From: Fonticula alba ATCC 38817
Taxonomy: Eukaryota > Protista > Nucleariida
Reading direction: 5' to 3' (one strand)
Assembly (NCBI GenBank): GCA_000388065.2
Contig: KB932201.1
DNA: 64,000 bases
Part shown: one piece after another, positions 25,298 through 39,012 of the stretch
How positions within the stretch are numbered: position 1 is the stretch's first letter
Layout of the letters: each line of letters begins with the position of its first letter
Made by a program: the position numbers and the translations under genes
The notes under the pieces: generated by a model
What the model saw: the letters and a program-made list of their open reading frames with translations, nothing else
Told to the model about the DNA's origin: nothing
Database searches by the model: none

Positions 25298-25782
25298 AGC
25301 GAGCGTTTGTGACAAAGCAAGGAGAGCGCCAGATGTATCTCCGGAGGAGGATTTCCAGGGAGGGGACAACTGGACGAGGACTGCTCGCAGGCGGGAAGGA
25401 GGGCTTCCTGGGCAAGCAGGCGGACCTAGGGCAGGGGGATGGGTGGACGTTTGCGTGCGAGCATACGTATGCGCGTGTGCGTGGGTGTGTGCGTGTGCGT
25501 GGGTGTGCGTGTGCGTGGGTGTGTTAAGGGAGGGGAGAAAAGGGGTCTAGCCGGCGTCAGAGTGACCAGGGCCTAGGCACCAGCACATTACACCTTGCCC
25601 GGGATTGTTGTGGAGAGTGTGTGTGTGTGTAGCTCATCCGCCACCTGGGCGGGTGGGCGGGTCTTCCACGCCGCGAAACCAGCGCGACGTCTGGGCATCT
25701 TTGATCCTGCGTGGCGGGGAGGGTCCCACTTGGCGGGTGCAAAAACGAAGAGGGGACGCGCCCCCTGGAGAGGATGCCGCGG

Positions 25783-25940
25783 NNNNNNNNNNNNNNNNNN
25801 NNNNNNNNNNNNNNNNNNNNNNNNNNNNNNNNNNNNNNNNNNNNNNNNNNNNNNNNNNNNNNNNNNNNNNNNNNNNNNNNNNNNNNNNNNNNNNNNNNNN
25901 NNNNNNNNNNNNNNNNNNNNNNNNNNNNNNNNNNNNNNNN
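25783..25940. other. Assembly gap (N) followed by a G-run
   Basis: Run of N. Confidence 1.
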
Positions 25941-28900
25941 GGGGGGGGGGGGGGAGGAGTGGCTGGGAGACGCGTGCAGCGCGGGCCGGGAACAGGTCGC
26001 CAAAGGACGCGCCCAAGCATGCGATAATGTGCAGGCATGCGGGCCGAATGCGCCGGGGTAGGGGACTAGCTTGCGAATGGGATGGCCAGGCCCAGTGCCA
26101 GACGGTTGGCATGCCGGGCGGTCCCGAAACGACAGAGCGAGAGCGAGAGAGAGAAAGAGAGAGAGGGGGAAAAAAAAGCCCCCAAGACTGGACGACATGC
26201 CCCGGCCTCCCAACGCCCCGCAAGGAAACGGACCGGGAGGCCAGCCCGCAGTGCGTACGTGACAGCGAAATGCCCATCATGGGCACGAGACGGGGGGGGG
26301 GGGCCACCGCCGGCCCGGTCATCGTGGCCAGACACGGCTGCTCCCCCCCCTCCCGGGCCCCGGGGCCCGGCTCTTTGGCGGTCGGGCGCCCCCTCCGCCG
26401 CATGCCGTCCCGCTGGGCCCTGGGCCGGCCGATGAAACGAGCTCCGCCTTCGATCCAGGTTGGGGGGTCAAAGGGAGCGAGCTGGCGGCCGGGCCGGGCC
26501 GGGGCAAGGTGGGCCGGGCCGGGCCGGGCCGGGCCAGGCCCAGGTGTCAAAGGAGCCCGCTATTCGTGCGTCCTCCGTCAGCCCCGAGTGTGAAGGGGGG
26601 ACCGCACGGGCCAAGGGCTCGCCGATGGTGCTAATTCGTGGGGCGGGCAGGTGACCCGTGCTGGCCTGTTCCCCCTCTTCCCCCCTCCTCCCCCTGAAGA
26701 GTGGGGGACAGCGCGCGCATTGCCCAGCAAGAGAGGGCCCTGGGCGGAGGGAGGCGGAACCCGGTTTCTCGACGGCGTGTGGAATTGGACCTCGTCCCCG
26801 CGCCCCCCCCCCCCGACCCCTCGGGAGAACAGACCATCAACGGCCAGCCATCTGAGGACCGCGGGACCTAAGGCCATAACAGCGGTCTGGCCATTCCAGC
26901 ACGCCGGTAGACCGCGAGATGCACATGCACTCCCCCCCCGCCCCTGGCCTGGCGCTCAGGCGGGAAAAGCTCGACAGCAAGCACCCGACGCTGGGGCTGA
27001 ACAGGTCCTGGGATTAATTATGTGGGCTCTACTGGCTGGGGAGAGAAGGCAGGACTGGGGCGGGGGGGGGGCTGGCGAACGCGCACAGGCGCGAAAAAGG
27101 TCCCACCGGCGCCCCCGCTCCCGCGCCCTTCATCCCGGGGGGGTCCGGGAGGACCAGGCGGAGCCCTCAAACACACCGGCTGGTTGCGTCCAAGCCGGCT
27201 CCCTGCGTAGTCATGCGCCCCCGCGGAAGGCCGAACTCTGGGGGCGGGACGCGGGGGCGGGGGGGGGGGGCCGGGAGGGATGTTTATTTCCCGAGATTGC
27301 CCGGGGGCTGGATATCGTCAAGAGCCAGGGGAGGTGACCTCGCACGCGCGCGCGCGCGCACGCGCGTGCCGGGGCCCGCAGGTGCGTTCATCCCACCCGG
27401 CAGGGCTGGCCCCCGGCGCGAGAACAAGCGGCGCCCGCACGCAAGGGAAAATCTCTTGCAAGGAAAGATAGCCCGCCCACATCGGGGCTGCTGTTCCAGA
27501 CAGAGGCAGGCAGCCCCGGTCCAGGCGCCGCGACCAGAACCGGATGCGTTCCCCCCCCCCCCGTGGGGAGATAGACTCCTTTTTCTCTCAAGCCAACCTT
27601 GACGGCACCCGGCGAATAACGAACAATGTGCAGCTGGCTCGGGCAGCTTTCCGATTGAGGCCGGGCTTAGGAGCACACCAGGAAGGACGGGGGGGGGGGG
27701 GCAGCGCGGACGTGGCCGCCCGTATCGACCCTGCGCGGGTATCCCCAGGGGGGCGGGGGCGGGGGCCGGGGCGGGGCGGGGCGGGGCGGGGGGATCTGGA
27801 GGACGACAGCCACTCTCCCGCGCGCCCGGACTCTCTGGCAGTGGACAGTGGCCGCGCTTTCGCCAGGGCGGCTGCGGCCCCAAATACCAACGCGGAGAAG
27901 GGCGGAACAGGACGCATGGAACGGGGCCCGGCGGAACGAGGGACCCGGCCGCACGGTCCAGGGTGCAGAGGGAGGGAATATGTGAAGCGGGGATATTAAA
28001 TACCGTTATTGGCCGTTTACAAACGCCGGAGTTCCTTTTCCGCCGCCCCCTCTGGCCTGCCCTGTGCGGCGCGTCCCGGGGAGCCCGGCGCCAGGCCAAC
28101 CAGGCCTTGCTACACATGCGCCGGGGGTCCCCCCCCGCTGCTCGGCCTCTCGCCGGGTCGGCCTCCCGAGAGGATGGCGGGCGGCGAGGGCGTGTCCAGC
28201 CGGCGGCCGAGCCGCCCCGCCCGGGTATTATTAGCGCCCAACGCATTGTATCGACAAAACGTGACATTCGATCACATATCACGCCCGACTGCCGCGTGCC
28301 CAATCGTTCGCATGAACTTCCGGCCCCGGCGACGGCGGAGAGGCGCCGCCGCCCCCTGCCGATGTGTCTCTCCAAGGGGGGGGGGAGACCCGCTGGTGTC
28401 GGCGGCTCGCCCGATTTCCGCGCTGCACCGGGCTCCGGACCGTCGAGACGGATCCTCCTGCTTGACATGATGGTGTGCGTTAAAATGAGGACCGGGGGGG
28501 GGGGGGGACCGGCTGGACTGGACAGTGGTTTCTCCCAAGCCGAAGTATGAGGCTTCCGCTTGCCCGCCCTGGGGATGGGCGAGGGCCAGGCAGCGGGGGA
28601 GACTTCGCGCACCCCTAGGCTCTAGTTCGGGATAGCATCTCATCGGCATCCCCCCCGCTCCCCCTGTTGTTCAACCGAGTGATATTGCGCCAGGCGACCT
28701 TGCCCGACATGTGTGTGTGTGTGTGTGGCCACCATGCCCGCAAGCCCGTGGCGACCGGGGGCCAAAGCCATCTGGGAGGAGAAGGCCGCGGAGGCCAATC
28801 TTCCGTCGAGAGCCTGTGGCGTGTCGTTCGGCGCGTGTGCCAGGCCAGACATTCGAGTATCTTCGGCGCGACACCCGCGCCTTTGACACTTTCTTGCGTG

Positions 28901-29153
28901 TGCATCGGTGTGCATCGGTGTGTCTGGGTGGGTGAGTGCGAGGCGCCCGGGCGATGTCTGGTCGGGTTTTGGAGGGCCCAGCGCCGTTGTCCATGCAGCC
29001 CCTTTTTCGCAGGCCACTGTCGGTCAGCCAAGGCCCGTCCGATGCTCCAAATCCCATCCCCCCTCCTCCCCTCCCCCTCCCCCCCCCCTTGCCGCCTCCC
29101 TTGCGTTTCCTCCCGCCTCTCCCCCCGCCCTCGCCGCCCTCTTCCACGAAGCC

Positions 29154-30202
29154 ATGGAGACGCTCATCAGCCTTACTGGGAAGGACTATGTCCTGACCGC
29201 CTCCGATATGACCGCCGCCCGCTCGATCCTGGTTTTCAAGGTCAACGAGGACAAGACGCGCGATCTGTCGCCCCACATCACGATGGCCTTCTGCGGCGAG
29301 TCCGGTGACACCGTTCAGGTGTGTGCCCTTTGGTGAGGGGGGCCCCGCCCTGGCCCTGGCCCTGGTCCTTCCCCCCCCCCCTCTCTCTCTCTCTCTCCCC
29401 ACCTCCCCCCCGCTGGCAACTCAACTTACACTCCCCCTCCTACCCTCTTTCTGCCTGATCGCCCGGACTACCCTGTAGTTTGCCGAGTTTATTCAGAAGA
29501 ACATTCGCCTCTATGCCATCCGCAACAACTTCGAGCTTTCGCCCAAGGCCGCGGCCAACTACGTCCGCACCCAGTTGGCCGAGTCCCTCCGCTCTCGCGT
29601 ACGCCTCCTTGTGTCAGATCTCCCGGGCACCTGTCATCACCACCCAGCGCCGCCACTTCCCCATCCTGCCCATCCCCCTCTTACCTGACCCATCCCCCCA
29701 CAGAGCCCATACGCCGTCAATGTCCTGATCGCCGGCTTCGACGAGCACGAGGGCCCCGAGCTCTACTGGCTCGACTACCTCGGTACTCTGTGCAAGGTGC
29801 GTGCTTTCTCCTCAACCTCCCCCCCCCTCCTCTCCCCACTGGCCTTTCCTGCACCAGCGGGTGCCTTTTTCGACGCCCCCACCAGGCGCCTGACTCCCCT
29901 CCCCCACCCCCCCCCCCCCCCCCCCCCCCCAATGACGTCTCCTTTTCACTCACCATCACCCTCTTCTCCTTGCACCCATGCCGCCTGGCCACATGTAGAT
30001 CCCCTTCGGCGCGCACGGCTTCGCTTCGAACTTTGTCCTCTCCACCCTGGACAACGCCTACCTGCCGGACATGGACCTCGAGCAGGGCATCGCCCTGCTG
30101 AAGTCCGCCATCAAGGTGGTCCAGCAGCGCATGCTCATCTCCCAGCCCAACTTCCAGATTAAGCTCGTCAACAAGGATGGTGTCTCCGTGATTGACATCT
30201 AA
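29154..30202 (+). CDS. PSMB2: 20S proteasome subunit beta type-2 (beta4/Pre1); exons 29154-29318, 29479-29598, 29704-29796, 29999-30202
   Basis: Spliced protein [29 protein letters not shown]...[53 protein letters not shown]...LYWLDYLG...IPFGAHGF...DGVSVIDI*. All three introns are GT-AG, phase 0. Confidence 0.97.
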
Positions 30203-30805
30203 ACGGCAGCCCTTCCCTGCCCTGCAGTCGCCTCTCCCCCCCCCCCTCCCCTCCCCCTTGGCACCTGTACTTGTACACTTCCTCTCCCTCCTTTGCTGCC
30301 CTGGCGGTCTCCCTTCGTAGCGGGCCACGCGTCCCTGCCCCTTCCTCTTGTACTCTATTTCCATTTCCCCATGTTTCGGGCAACAAAAAGGGGACACCCC
30401 CTCTCCCCCATCCGCATATTCCTTCTACCCCCCCCCCTCCCCACGACCAGCATGCGCTTTACTGCCCTGGTGCCTACAATATAAATGAAAGCATTCATTC
30501 GGTGGCATTTCCCATGCCACTCCGCAGCGCTGCCTTCCACTGAGCCGAGTCAGTTCCCGGCCCCCATGCGGCGCCACAGGGGCAGCTGGGCAGCTGATGG
30601 GGATGGTGCGAATTCTATAACAAGGAGAGCCAAGCCGAGACTTGACAAGGACCGGGGGACACATGAAGATGCCTGGCCATGGTGCCATCATGGTCCGGGC
30701 TTCTGTGCACCGGAGTTGCGGCCTTTTGGGGTGGAGGGGATTGCGTCAGACACAGGCCCATGTGCAGGAGGTGTCGGGGCGGCGGGCCGGCGGGCCGGCG
30801 TAATG

Positions 30806-31197
30806 TCACAGAAGGGCGAACGAACCTTGCGATACAAGGGCAAGAAGGTCGGCATCCGTCGGAGGCAGGGTGGACCCCGAGCCCGGAGCGGCCAGGGGGC
30901 CGGCCGCCGCGGCCGCGACTGCCGAAACATTGGCCAGCTCCAGGAGACTGTTGCTGATGGCATCAATCTGCCAGGGAACGGGGGGAGGCACAAAATAAAA
31001 AAAAAGGCAGGTCAGAGGGGGGGGGGGGAAAGCCAACACAAGGAGGGCACACCGTTGTTACTGAGGAGAGCGCACATCCAGATCAGTCTCCGACCGAGGA
31101 GCTGGCCGTGGGAGAGACTGCTGCACTTGTGCCTGGGGCGGCATTTGTGTTTGCGGCTGCTGAAGCACCGCGGCAGGCGTGGGCTGCCGCGGCGGTA

Positions 31198-31235
<38 letters not shown>

Positions 31236-34200
31236 GAAAGGTCCATCCCCGGGCCGGGATGCAGTGGCTGGTGGAAGGATTTGCCCAGTAACGGAGCGAG
31301 GTTGTGGTGTGCACCGCCAGCCAGAGACAGCAGGCTCGGGTCCGTCGGGGCCCCACCAGCTGGCGAGGGCTGGCGGAAGCTGTTCGGCACAAGCCCGACA
31401 TGATGGCTCCCCGTGCTGGAGGTGCTTGCGTTGGGCGGGGTGCCCAGCGGGAAGTGATGCCGGCCGGCGGAGGCTGCGGCGGCAGCGGCGGCCATCGCCC
31501 CGGCATGCAAAGATGGCTGGCCAGTGGCCAGGGGGGTGTTGGGGTCCTGCGAGGCGGCCAGCGCTTGCTGATGGAGCGCGGTGAATGGCGCGGCGGCGGG
31601 ATTTGCTCCTGCAACCACCCCGGCCCCGCCGATGGTTGCCAGTGGCCCGAAGAGGAAGTGCGGCATCGAGGTGGCCATCTGCTGGTTGGGCAGAAGCCCC
31701 GGGTGGAAATTCGGGAAGGGCAAAGCCGGTCCCGAAGTGCTGTTGACCGTCCCACCGGGCGGCACCGTGTTCTGAGACAGCAGGCCGGCCGGCGGGCCCG
31801 AGCTGCCGCCTGTGCCGGTGCCCTGTGTCGGCGCACTCGCCACTGCACCGGCCAACAGGCTGGAAAAGCCCGGGATGGAGGCTGCCGCCGAGGCCAGCTG
31901 CGGGTGTGACGACAAAATGCTTGCAAGCGAGCTGAGAGTCAACTGCGCATTGGCAGCCGAGGCATTCAGCGGCGAGGCACCACCTCCGGTGAGCGGCTGG
32001 TCGGCCGGAACCGGAGAGGTCCCGAGCCCCGGGAGCAGCGTGTGACCGGTTGCCTGCTGTTGATAGTGTTGCTGTTGCTGCTGCTGCTGCTGCTGCTGTT
32101 GCTGCTGCAGCTGCTGTTGCTGCTGCAGCTGCAACTGCTGTTGCTGCTGGAGATGCAGCTGCTGTTGGGCCTGTTGGGGCGAGAGGCCGTGGCCCAGTTG
32201 CCCGTGGCCTGGGGCACCAACGGTCGGGAAGCCCAAAGCCGCCATAAGCGAGGGATTTGCCAGTTGGGCCAGTGGACCAAGCATGCCGGTGGTGCTACCC
32301 ATGTGCATCGGCGACAGACCACCTGTCGGAAGGTAAGTGGAGGATGCGCCAGGAGTCCCCCCCGTGCTGGAAGCCGGCGACCCGGATGATGGCAGTGTCG
32401 GGGTCAAGAAGGCCGTGCTCGGACCGGGGCCCGAGGCCCCAAGCGAGCCCGACGCCGGCGAACCCGAGTAAAGGGCCGTCATGCCGACGGCGCCGGATGA
32501 GGGAGACGCCCCCGTCGGCAGGGTGCCAAGCATGCCAAGGCCAGCGGCACTGCCAGCCACCTGGAAGGGCGACAAATTGGCACCCCCAGAGGCGGCCTGG
32601 GCCGGGGAGCCACCATGGCCAGGCGCACTGCCCACACCTGCCAAAAGACCACTCCCCGGGGCCGAAGGATGGCCAAGGGGCGATCCGCCGGTCCCGACCG
32701 TCGACGACGGCCCGGGGGCAAATTGATACAGCGACGCCAGCGCCGACAGTTGGCTGGCGTCGGCGCCAACCAGATTCAGCCCCGACCCACCGGCAGCCAC
32801 CGAGCCCGGTGCTCCAACCATCATCGATGGCAGGGCCAGCGAGCCAAGCGCCGAGGCGGTCAGCCCGGGATCGAGCCAGGCCCCAGCGGGGGTCCCAAGA
32901 CCCATGGCTGCGGCCGCGGCCGCCGCGGCCGAAGGCGAAGTCCCCGAGCCCTGGAGCTGTTGCTGGAGCTGTTGAAGCTGCTGGAACTGCTGGAGCTGCA
33001 GCAGGGCCGCCGTGCCGTCCACCAGGGTCGGCTTGGCCGGAGTCATCGGAGGCTGGTCCTGATTGAGAGGGGTGTTGATGGGAGCAGGTGCCATGATACC
33101 GGCACCGGCACCGGCACCGGCACCGGTCACTGGAGCGGCACTCGCCGACAGCGAGGCCAGGTTTAGCAGAGCATCTAGAGGCAACTTCGTATCTAGCAGG
33201 GCAGCCAGGGAGGGGTCCGCAGGCAGCGAGGCATTTGTGGCCTGGTCTTGCGCGACAGCAGCAGTGGCAGCGGCAGCAGCGGTGGCAGCGGCAGCGGCGG
33301 CGGCAGCGGCAGCCGCTGAGGCAGTCGCACTCTGCGATGGCCGCCGACGGCCGCTGGCTGGCACGGAGCCCTCCGCGGCCGGTGGTTGCGACTGAGATCG
33401 GGCTGGCGCACGGGACTTCTTCGGCGTGTCAATCGCCCCCGACTCCCCGGACACCGAGGCATCTTGAGATTTGGCTCCCTTGCGCTGGGCCGCAGAGGGT
33501 TTGTTGCTGGATGCTGCCGCAGCGGTGGTCGACTTTTGGGCGGCCTTCGTCTTGGCAGCCGTCGTGCCGGCACTCGGTGTAGGGCTGCCCGAAGCGGCGG
33601 GCTTTTTGGCGGCCCGGGATCCGGCCTGCGGTGTGGATGCACGGCCCTGTCCGCGAGCGGCCTTCTCCTTGGTCGTGGATGTCGGCTCGGCCTCCTTTGA
33701 GGGAGATGGCGCGGGTGAGCCATCGCCCGGTGCCGCGGCGGGCGAAGCACGTCGAGCACCCCGAGCCGCGCTGGCGGTGGACGATTTCGCCGCCTTGGTT
33801 TTACCCGCCGCTGGCGTGGCTGTCGGTGACACCGAGCGACCGGGCGTCGCGGTGGCCTTTCCAGCGCGGGCGGTCTTCGTGGCACTCTTTGGCTTGGTGG
33901 GTTTGGCTGGCATTGGATGTGAGTCACTTCAAGTGCTGGGGGCTCGATGTCTGGGTGTCTGTCCGAAAGGGTGTCCCCCGGCCCGCCTTGCACAGATGAG
34001 CAGCCCTTCGGACGGGCAGACCGGCGTACCTGGTGTTACCGGCCCGGCGACCGAGGCCAGCAAAAGCAGATCCGACGCGGCGGCTTCGGTGGCCAGGGGC
34101 CCCGGCGGGTCTTCCGCCTTAATGTGCACCTGCGAGGCCGGACCCGGGGGCGAAGCAAATGTATGGGTAATGGTCCGGGAGAGGGGCCTTGCCGGCACCG

Positions 34201-36499
34201 AATCCACAATGGCAATCTCATCATCCGTCAGGGGGACCGAACGCTCATCGGCCGATTGGCTCTCCTCCACGGGAAGGATGCCCTGTTGGCGCCGAGCGCG
34301 CACGTCCTCCCCGAGGAGATCATCCTCATCGAGGTCCTCCTCATCCGGGTCCTCGCGTGGCAAGTCCAAATTGTGCGCCGAGAATTGACGCTCGCGCTCT
34401 TGCGCCAGGCGGTCCTCCCGGCGGCGGCGCTCACGCTTTTCGCGCTTCTCACGCACACGCTCAAAGGCCGCCGCGGCACGCTCCTCGTCGCGATATTGCT
34501 GGGCCAATTGCTGCTGACGCTGGGTGTACCGCCGACGCCGCTGCTGAGACTGCTTAACCAGACGCTTGAGCTACATACAGACGCATGATGACCAACCGCA
34601 GGAGATGGGGAGTTTGTCAGGTTAGCAGGGGGGGGGGGGGAGAAAAAGTAAAAAGAAAAGAAGGCGGAGAGAGAGAGAGAGGGAGAGAGACAAAAATGTC
34701 AACCTGGCAAGCCATATCAAGATGGGGGATCCTTGCACTCCGTGTAATCAGTCTTCCACGCCTTTTCTTTCGCTTTTTCTTTCACCTGGCCCACGGCACC
34801 GGCACGCACCTTCAAGGATTTCTTGTTTTGATAATAGTAAAGAACACACTCGTCCACAGTGCGGCCCCCGAGCCAGCCGGGCTCCACCTGGCGCAGAAGC
34901 AAAGCCCCGGTGTCAGAGGGAACCGAGGTGGCCGATGAGCCACCAGCTGCCCGGGCTTGCGACTCACGTTGATGAATGTCGATCAGGGCGTCGGCGCCGA
35001 TGCCGGGCTCTCGGCCGGCGCGCGGTCCGCCACTGATCCCCCGGCCACCGAGTGCCTGTGAGACCTTGGTGAAATCCTTCGGCCACCGGACAAAGGCCGC
35101 CGTGAAGACAGCCCGCTCACGGCCGGTCCATGGCCGGTAGTTCAGCCGCTCGGCCGCCAGCAAGTCCGGCATGCGAGCCACCCGCCGAGAGGTGGCCACA
35201 TCATGGAAGACCGGCAGCGGGCGAAGGGGAACCATCGGCACACCGGACCGGCCGCCGGGGGTCGGCGATCGCGGCGAAGCAGCGACACTGCCCCTCGGCG
35301 ATGCTGACACCAGCTCCGGCAATTCGGCCCACCGAGCTGGCAATTGCAGAGCCTGCTCAGGGAGCTGAGTGGCCACACGCGCACGCAAAGCCGCCTCGCG
35401 CTCCGAGCTGGCCCGCAGGGTTTCCAGGATTTCCTCCAGTTCGGCCTCCGTGCGGACCGTGTCACCGGCGAAGGGGTCCGCCGAGGAGGACAGCGTCGCA
35501 CGTCGGCGCGATCCAAGCCGCGTAGACCCCAGCATCGGACTCAGCTCCATGCCAAAGAGTGTGGCCTCGGAGGAGGCACCGGCCAGGCCGCCAGGCCCGT
35601 TGACGCCACCCGGGCCGCCGGAGGCATTTGAGCCACCGGCTGCCGGCTGCAAAGCCGCGGCACCGAGCCCACCGGGACCTCCAATCCCCGGCGCGTCAGG
35701 CAGCAGGTCCGCCGGCCCGACCGAGGAGTCGCGCGAAGTCTGATCCTGGCGCCAGAGGTCATCGAGACGCGAGCGCTCGGCATGCAGCTCACTTGCCTTG
35801 GCATAGAGGGCCGTGCGATTGAGCCGAACGCGGCGCATTACCGCCGCATGGACCGCCGAGAAGCCGGCCGCGGGCTCGGGCCACATCGGCCGGAAGGACC
35901 CCTCGGGCCAGGGCTGGCTAGCCGAGCTCGAACCCGGGTCCAGCTCGGTGGCACTCGACGAGCCAATCCAATCGGAGCTCTCCTCGTCGGACTGGTCATC
36001 TCCGCTGCTGTCGGTGCCGGCATCGGAGGTCATGGCCTCCGGCGAGGAGACCCCAGTGGTGGCAGAGTCCTCGGCTTCGGCTTGGGTCGCGAGGCTTGTC
36101 TCCCGAAGGGGCTTCAGGTCACCGGCTGGCAGGAATCCCGGATCAAAGCCACGCAGCACTGTCTCCGACTGAGCAAGGAGACGAGCCGCCGGGCCGGTGC
36201 CCTGCTGGTTGCCGGCCGCAATATCGAGTGCCAATTGCCCGGGGGCCGGAGACCGGGCCAAATCGAAGGCATACAACGGGTCCAGCGGATGCACCGGTTT
36301 CTGGTAGCGGAGCAGGATCTGCGTGGAATAGACATCCACCCCGGCCGGTGGCCCCGGGACGGGGTTCTGGGGCTGGGGCTCGGCAAACCGTCGATCCTGG
36401 AGCCTGCATGGTCGGTGATTGAAAGTTAGCTCGGGCACGACATACACCGGTACATGTGTACATGTGTACATCTGTACACATACGTGTGTGCGTGTGCGT

Positions 36500-36541
<42 letters not shown>

Positions 36542-38388
36542 ATGCTTGTTGAGCGCCTTTTTTCGCGGAAAAGAAAACGCACTGAGAGAGAGTCTCGTCC
36601 ATGGATCGAAGCAATTGGAGGCGACTTTCCAGTGAGGCAAGCTGGTTGTCGAGAATATTGATGCCGAGGGCCACCTCGTCGGAAGTGGGGAGCTGCGCGA
36701 AAGGGGGCATGGTCAGGATGTCAGAGACAAGCAGCCTGCAGGGAAGGAGAGATGTCGAGCGTACATTGTTGACATCGATCTCAAAGTGGCCGAACGGCTG
36801 AAAATGGGGTTCCTTCCGCACAGGAGCCGGAGGTTCTGCCGGAGGAGGAACCTCTTCCCGCGAGGCCAGGACATCCAGTCCGGGGACTTCACTGTCAGGA
36901 AGGTCCCCTTTGGGAGGCATGGCTTCGGAATCAGACTCCGACCGGAGGCTGGGACCCGCCTCGGGCTCGGGCTCGGGCTCGGGCTCATGCTCGGATACAA
37001 GCTCGACCTCCAGCGTGGCTTGAACGGCCTCCAGGTGTGTAGGACTGTGGTTTTCAGCCGACACAGGCTCTCTCGACGCCGAGAGGGGATCATGCTGGGC
37101 CGAGGGCGGGGAGGATAGCGCCAGGGAGGCCCGCGGAGGCGGGAATGAGGGAGGTGATGAGACGGGCTCCAAAGCCGGGGGGGTGGCCGAGGCTTGTCGG
37201 GGCTCTTGAGGGAGCTGCTCCATCGAGGGGGTAGCCGAGGAAGGGGATTGCCGGGAGTTCAAGCCCGAAAGCATGGGCACAGGCGAGGAGACCAGCACGG
37301 GCGGAGGGTCCGACTGGGGGTGCGAGTGCGATGGAGACACCATGGGTGATGAGGGCGAGGCCAATGGCACGGAGTCCGCCCGGTGAAGCGGACGCCGGAC
37401 CATATTGGCAAGCGACGAGGTCGCGGATGGGCCATCAGTCGGGAGAGCCGGTGCCGATGCAGGTCCCAGGTCGGCTGGCTGTGAGGGGGATGACCGCGAG
37501 GAGGACTGTACCGTGGAGCCGGGCGGCGGCGGCGGCGGCGGCGGCGGGGTCATCGTACTCGGAGACCGCAGACCCGGGGGGCTGGAGAGGGTCATGAAAT
37601 CGAAGCCCGTTCGAGAAAGGGAGGAGTCCAGAGTCGATGGCAAGAATGAGGGAATGGGGCCTCCGAGGGCATCCAGCAGGCGAGCATTCAGCCGGGCTGA
37701 CACACTTTCAGATGCCCCAGCCAGGGACTGGAAGGAGGGGGACGGGACCGGCAGACGCAGCGAGTCCAGCGGCGGGGGAACATATGGCAGCGGCCGCGAG
37801 GCAAGCGGATCTGCTGTGGTCAGGCAGGCGTCACTGCCGGGCGAGGGGTTTGCCGAAAGGCCCTCGCTGCTTGGCGTTGATCGATAAGGCAGGTGGTTGC
37901 CAGTGCTGCTGCTGCTGCTGCTGCTGTTGCCGCCACCGCCGCCGCCGCCACTGCCAGCGGTGTGGGTGTTGCCGCTGCCGCCAGACCAAGTGTGATCAGG
38001 CGAGCGCCCGGGGGGGCCACTCCAGCGCGACTGATCCCATGGGTTAGCAAGCGGGAAGCACCGGATGAGAGGGGATAAGTGGGGCGGTGGGATTGTTGGC
38101 GAGGAGGAAGAGGAAGAAGAAGGAAAAAAAAAAGCACGTAAAAGGGCGCAGCGGGCATACTTGGACAGGTGGGGAATCTAGACGGGGAGACCGGTCACGA
38201 AGCGGATCAAATGAAGGTTGCCGGTCGTGGCGCTCAAAGCGACGGTATTCCGGTCGACCGGACCGATCTGAGCGGGTGTTTTTGTCCCATGCGCGGCGTT
38301 GCTGTCCGAGAGGAGGCGGAGCAGGCGGGCCGCCGCCACCGGGTCCGCCACCCTGCGGTCCAGACCCAGACCCGCCGGAGGCAGACAT
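30806..38388 (-). CDS. NCOR1/SNT1: NCoR/SMRT/Snt1-type corepressor with GPS2-binding-like helix, DAD-SANT domain and long Q/A/G/S-rich C-terminus; multi-exon, 3' end approximate
   Basis: DAD helix VRTEAELEEILETL; SANT WTGRERAVFTAAFVRWPKDF...RTVDECVLYYYQNKK; N-terminal LPTSDEVALGINILDNQLASLESRLQLL. An in-phase intron 34029-33907 joins the SANT part to the 31058-33913 ORF, and a further intron leads to IDAISNSLLELAN. Confidence 0.8.
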
Positions 38389-39012
38389 AATGCCAAAGGG
38401 TGGGTGGGAGGAAGGGAGAGAGGGAAGAGGAAAGAGGTAGGAGAGGGGGAGGGGGGAGGCTTCCCTGTCAAGAACAAAGGGAAAGGGGCGAAGAGAGGGG
38501 AGGGGGATCAAGCGCTCGCTGGGGCAAGCATCGCCATGCACTCAGAGGGTATGGCAGGTGCGTCAGGCTGGAGGAAGGGAGAGGAGTCAAGGAGAGGGCT
38601 GCTCAAAGCCCAGAGGCACGGTCGTCGACCCCCGGCCTTCTGAATGGGCAAGCCCCCAGGAGAACATCGGGGCTGAGGGGAGGGGGGGGGAAGGGGCGAG
38701 AGCAGCAGGGCCGCAGAGTCCCCCCCCCCCCCCCCCGGAACACAACAGGTCAGGGATGGAAGTAACCGGGAGGGCAGAGTACATTGGCAGTTGCAAGGAG
38801 CGGCAGTGTATTGTGTGCATTTGGGACAAGAGCAAGGGAGCTGGGGGGCCCAGGTGCCGGCGGATGCGGGTGACATGGCTCGGAGGGCGAAGGCCCCCGT
38901 TGTACACAGGGCAAAGGCCTGAGGGGGGGGGGGGAGGCAAGAACTGGGAGGGCACGCACGCGCGTGTGTGCGGACTCCCCCATCCCCCGCTCGCCTCGGG
39001 GGATCCCCGCGC

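Noticed and set aside
33911-33931. Two separate genes (SANT gene ending at 33929, new gene starting ATG 33913)
   Set aside because: A canonical in-phase intron (GTACGC at 34029 to ccag at 33907) joins them, and a 16-bp intergenic gap is implausible.
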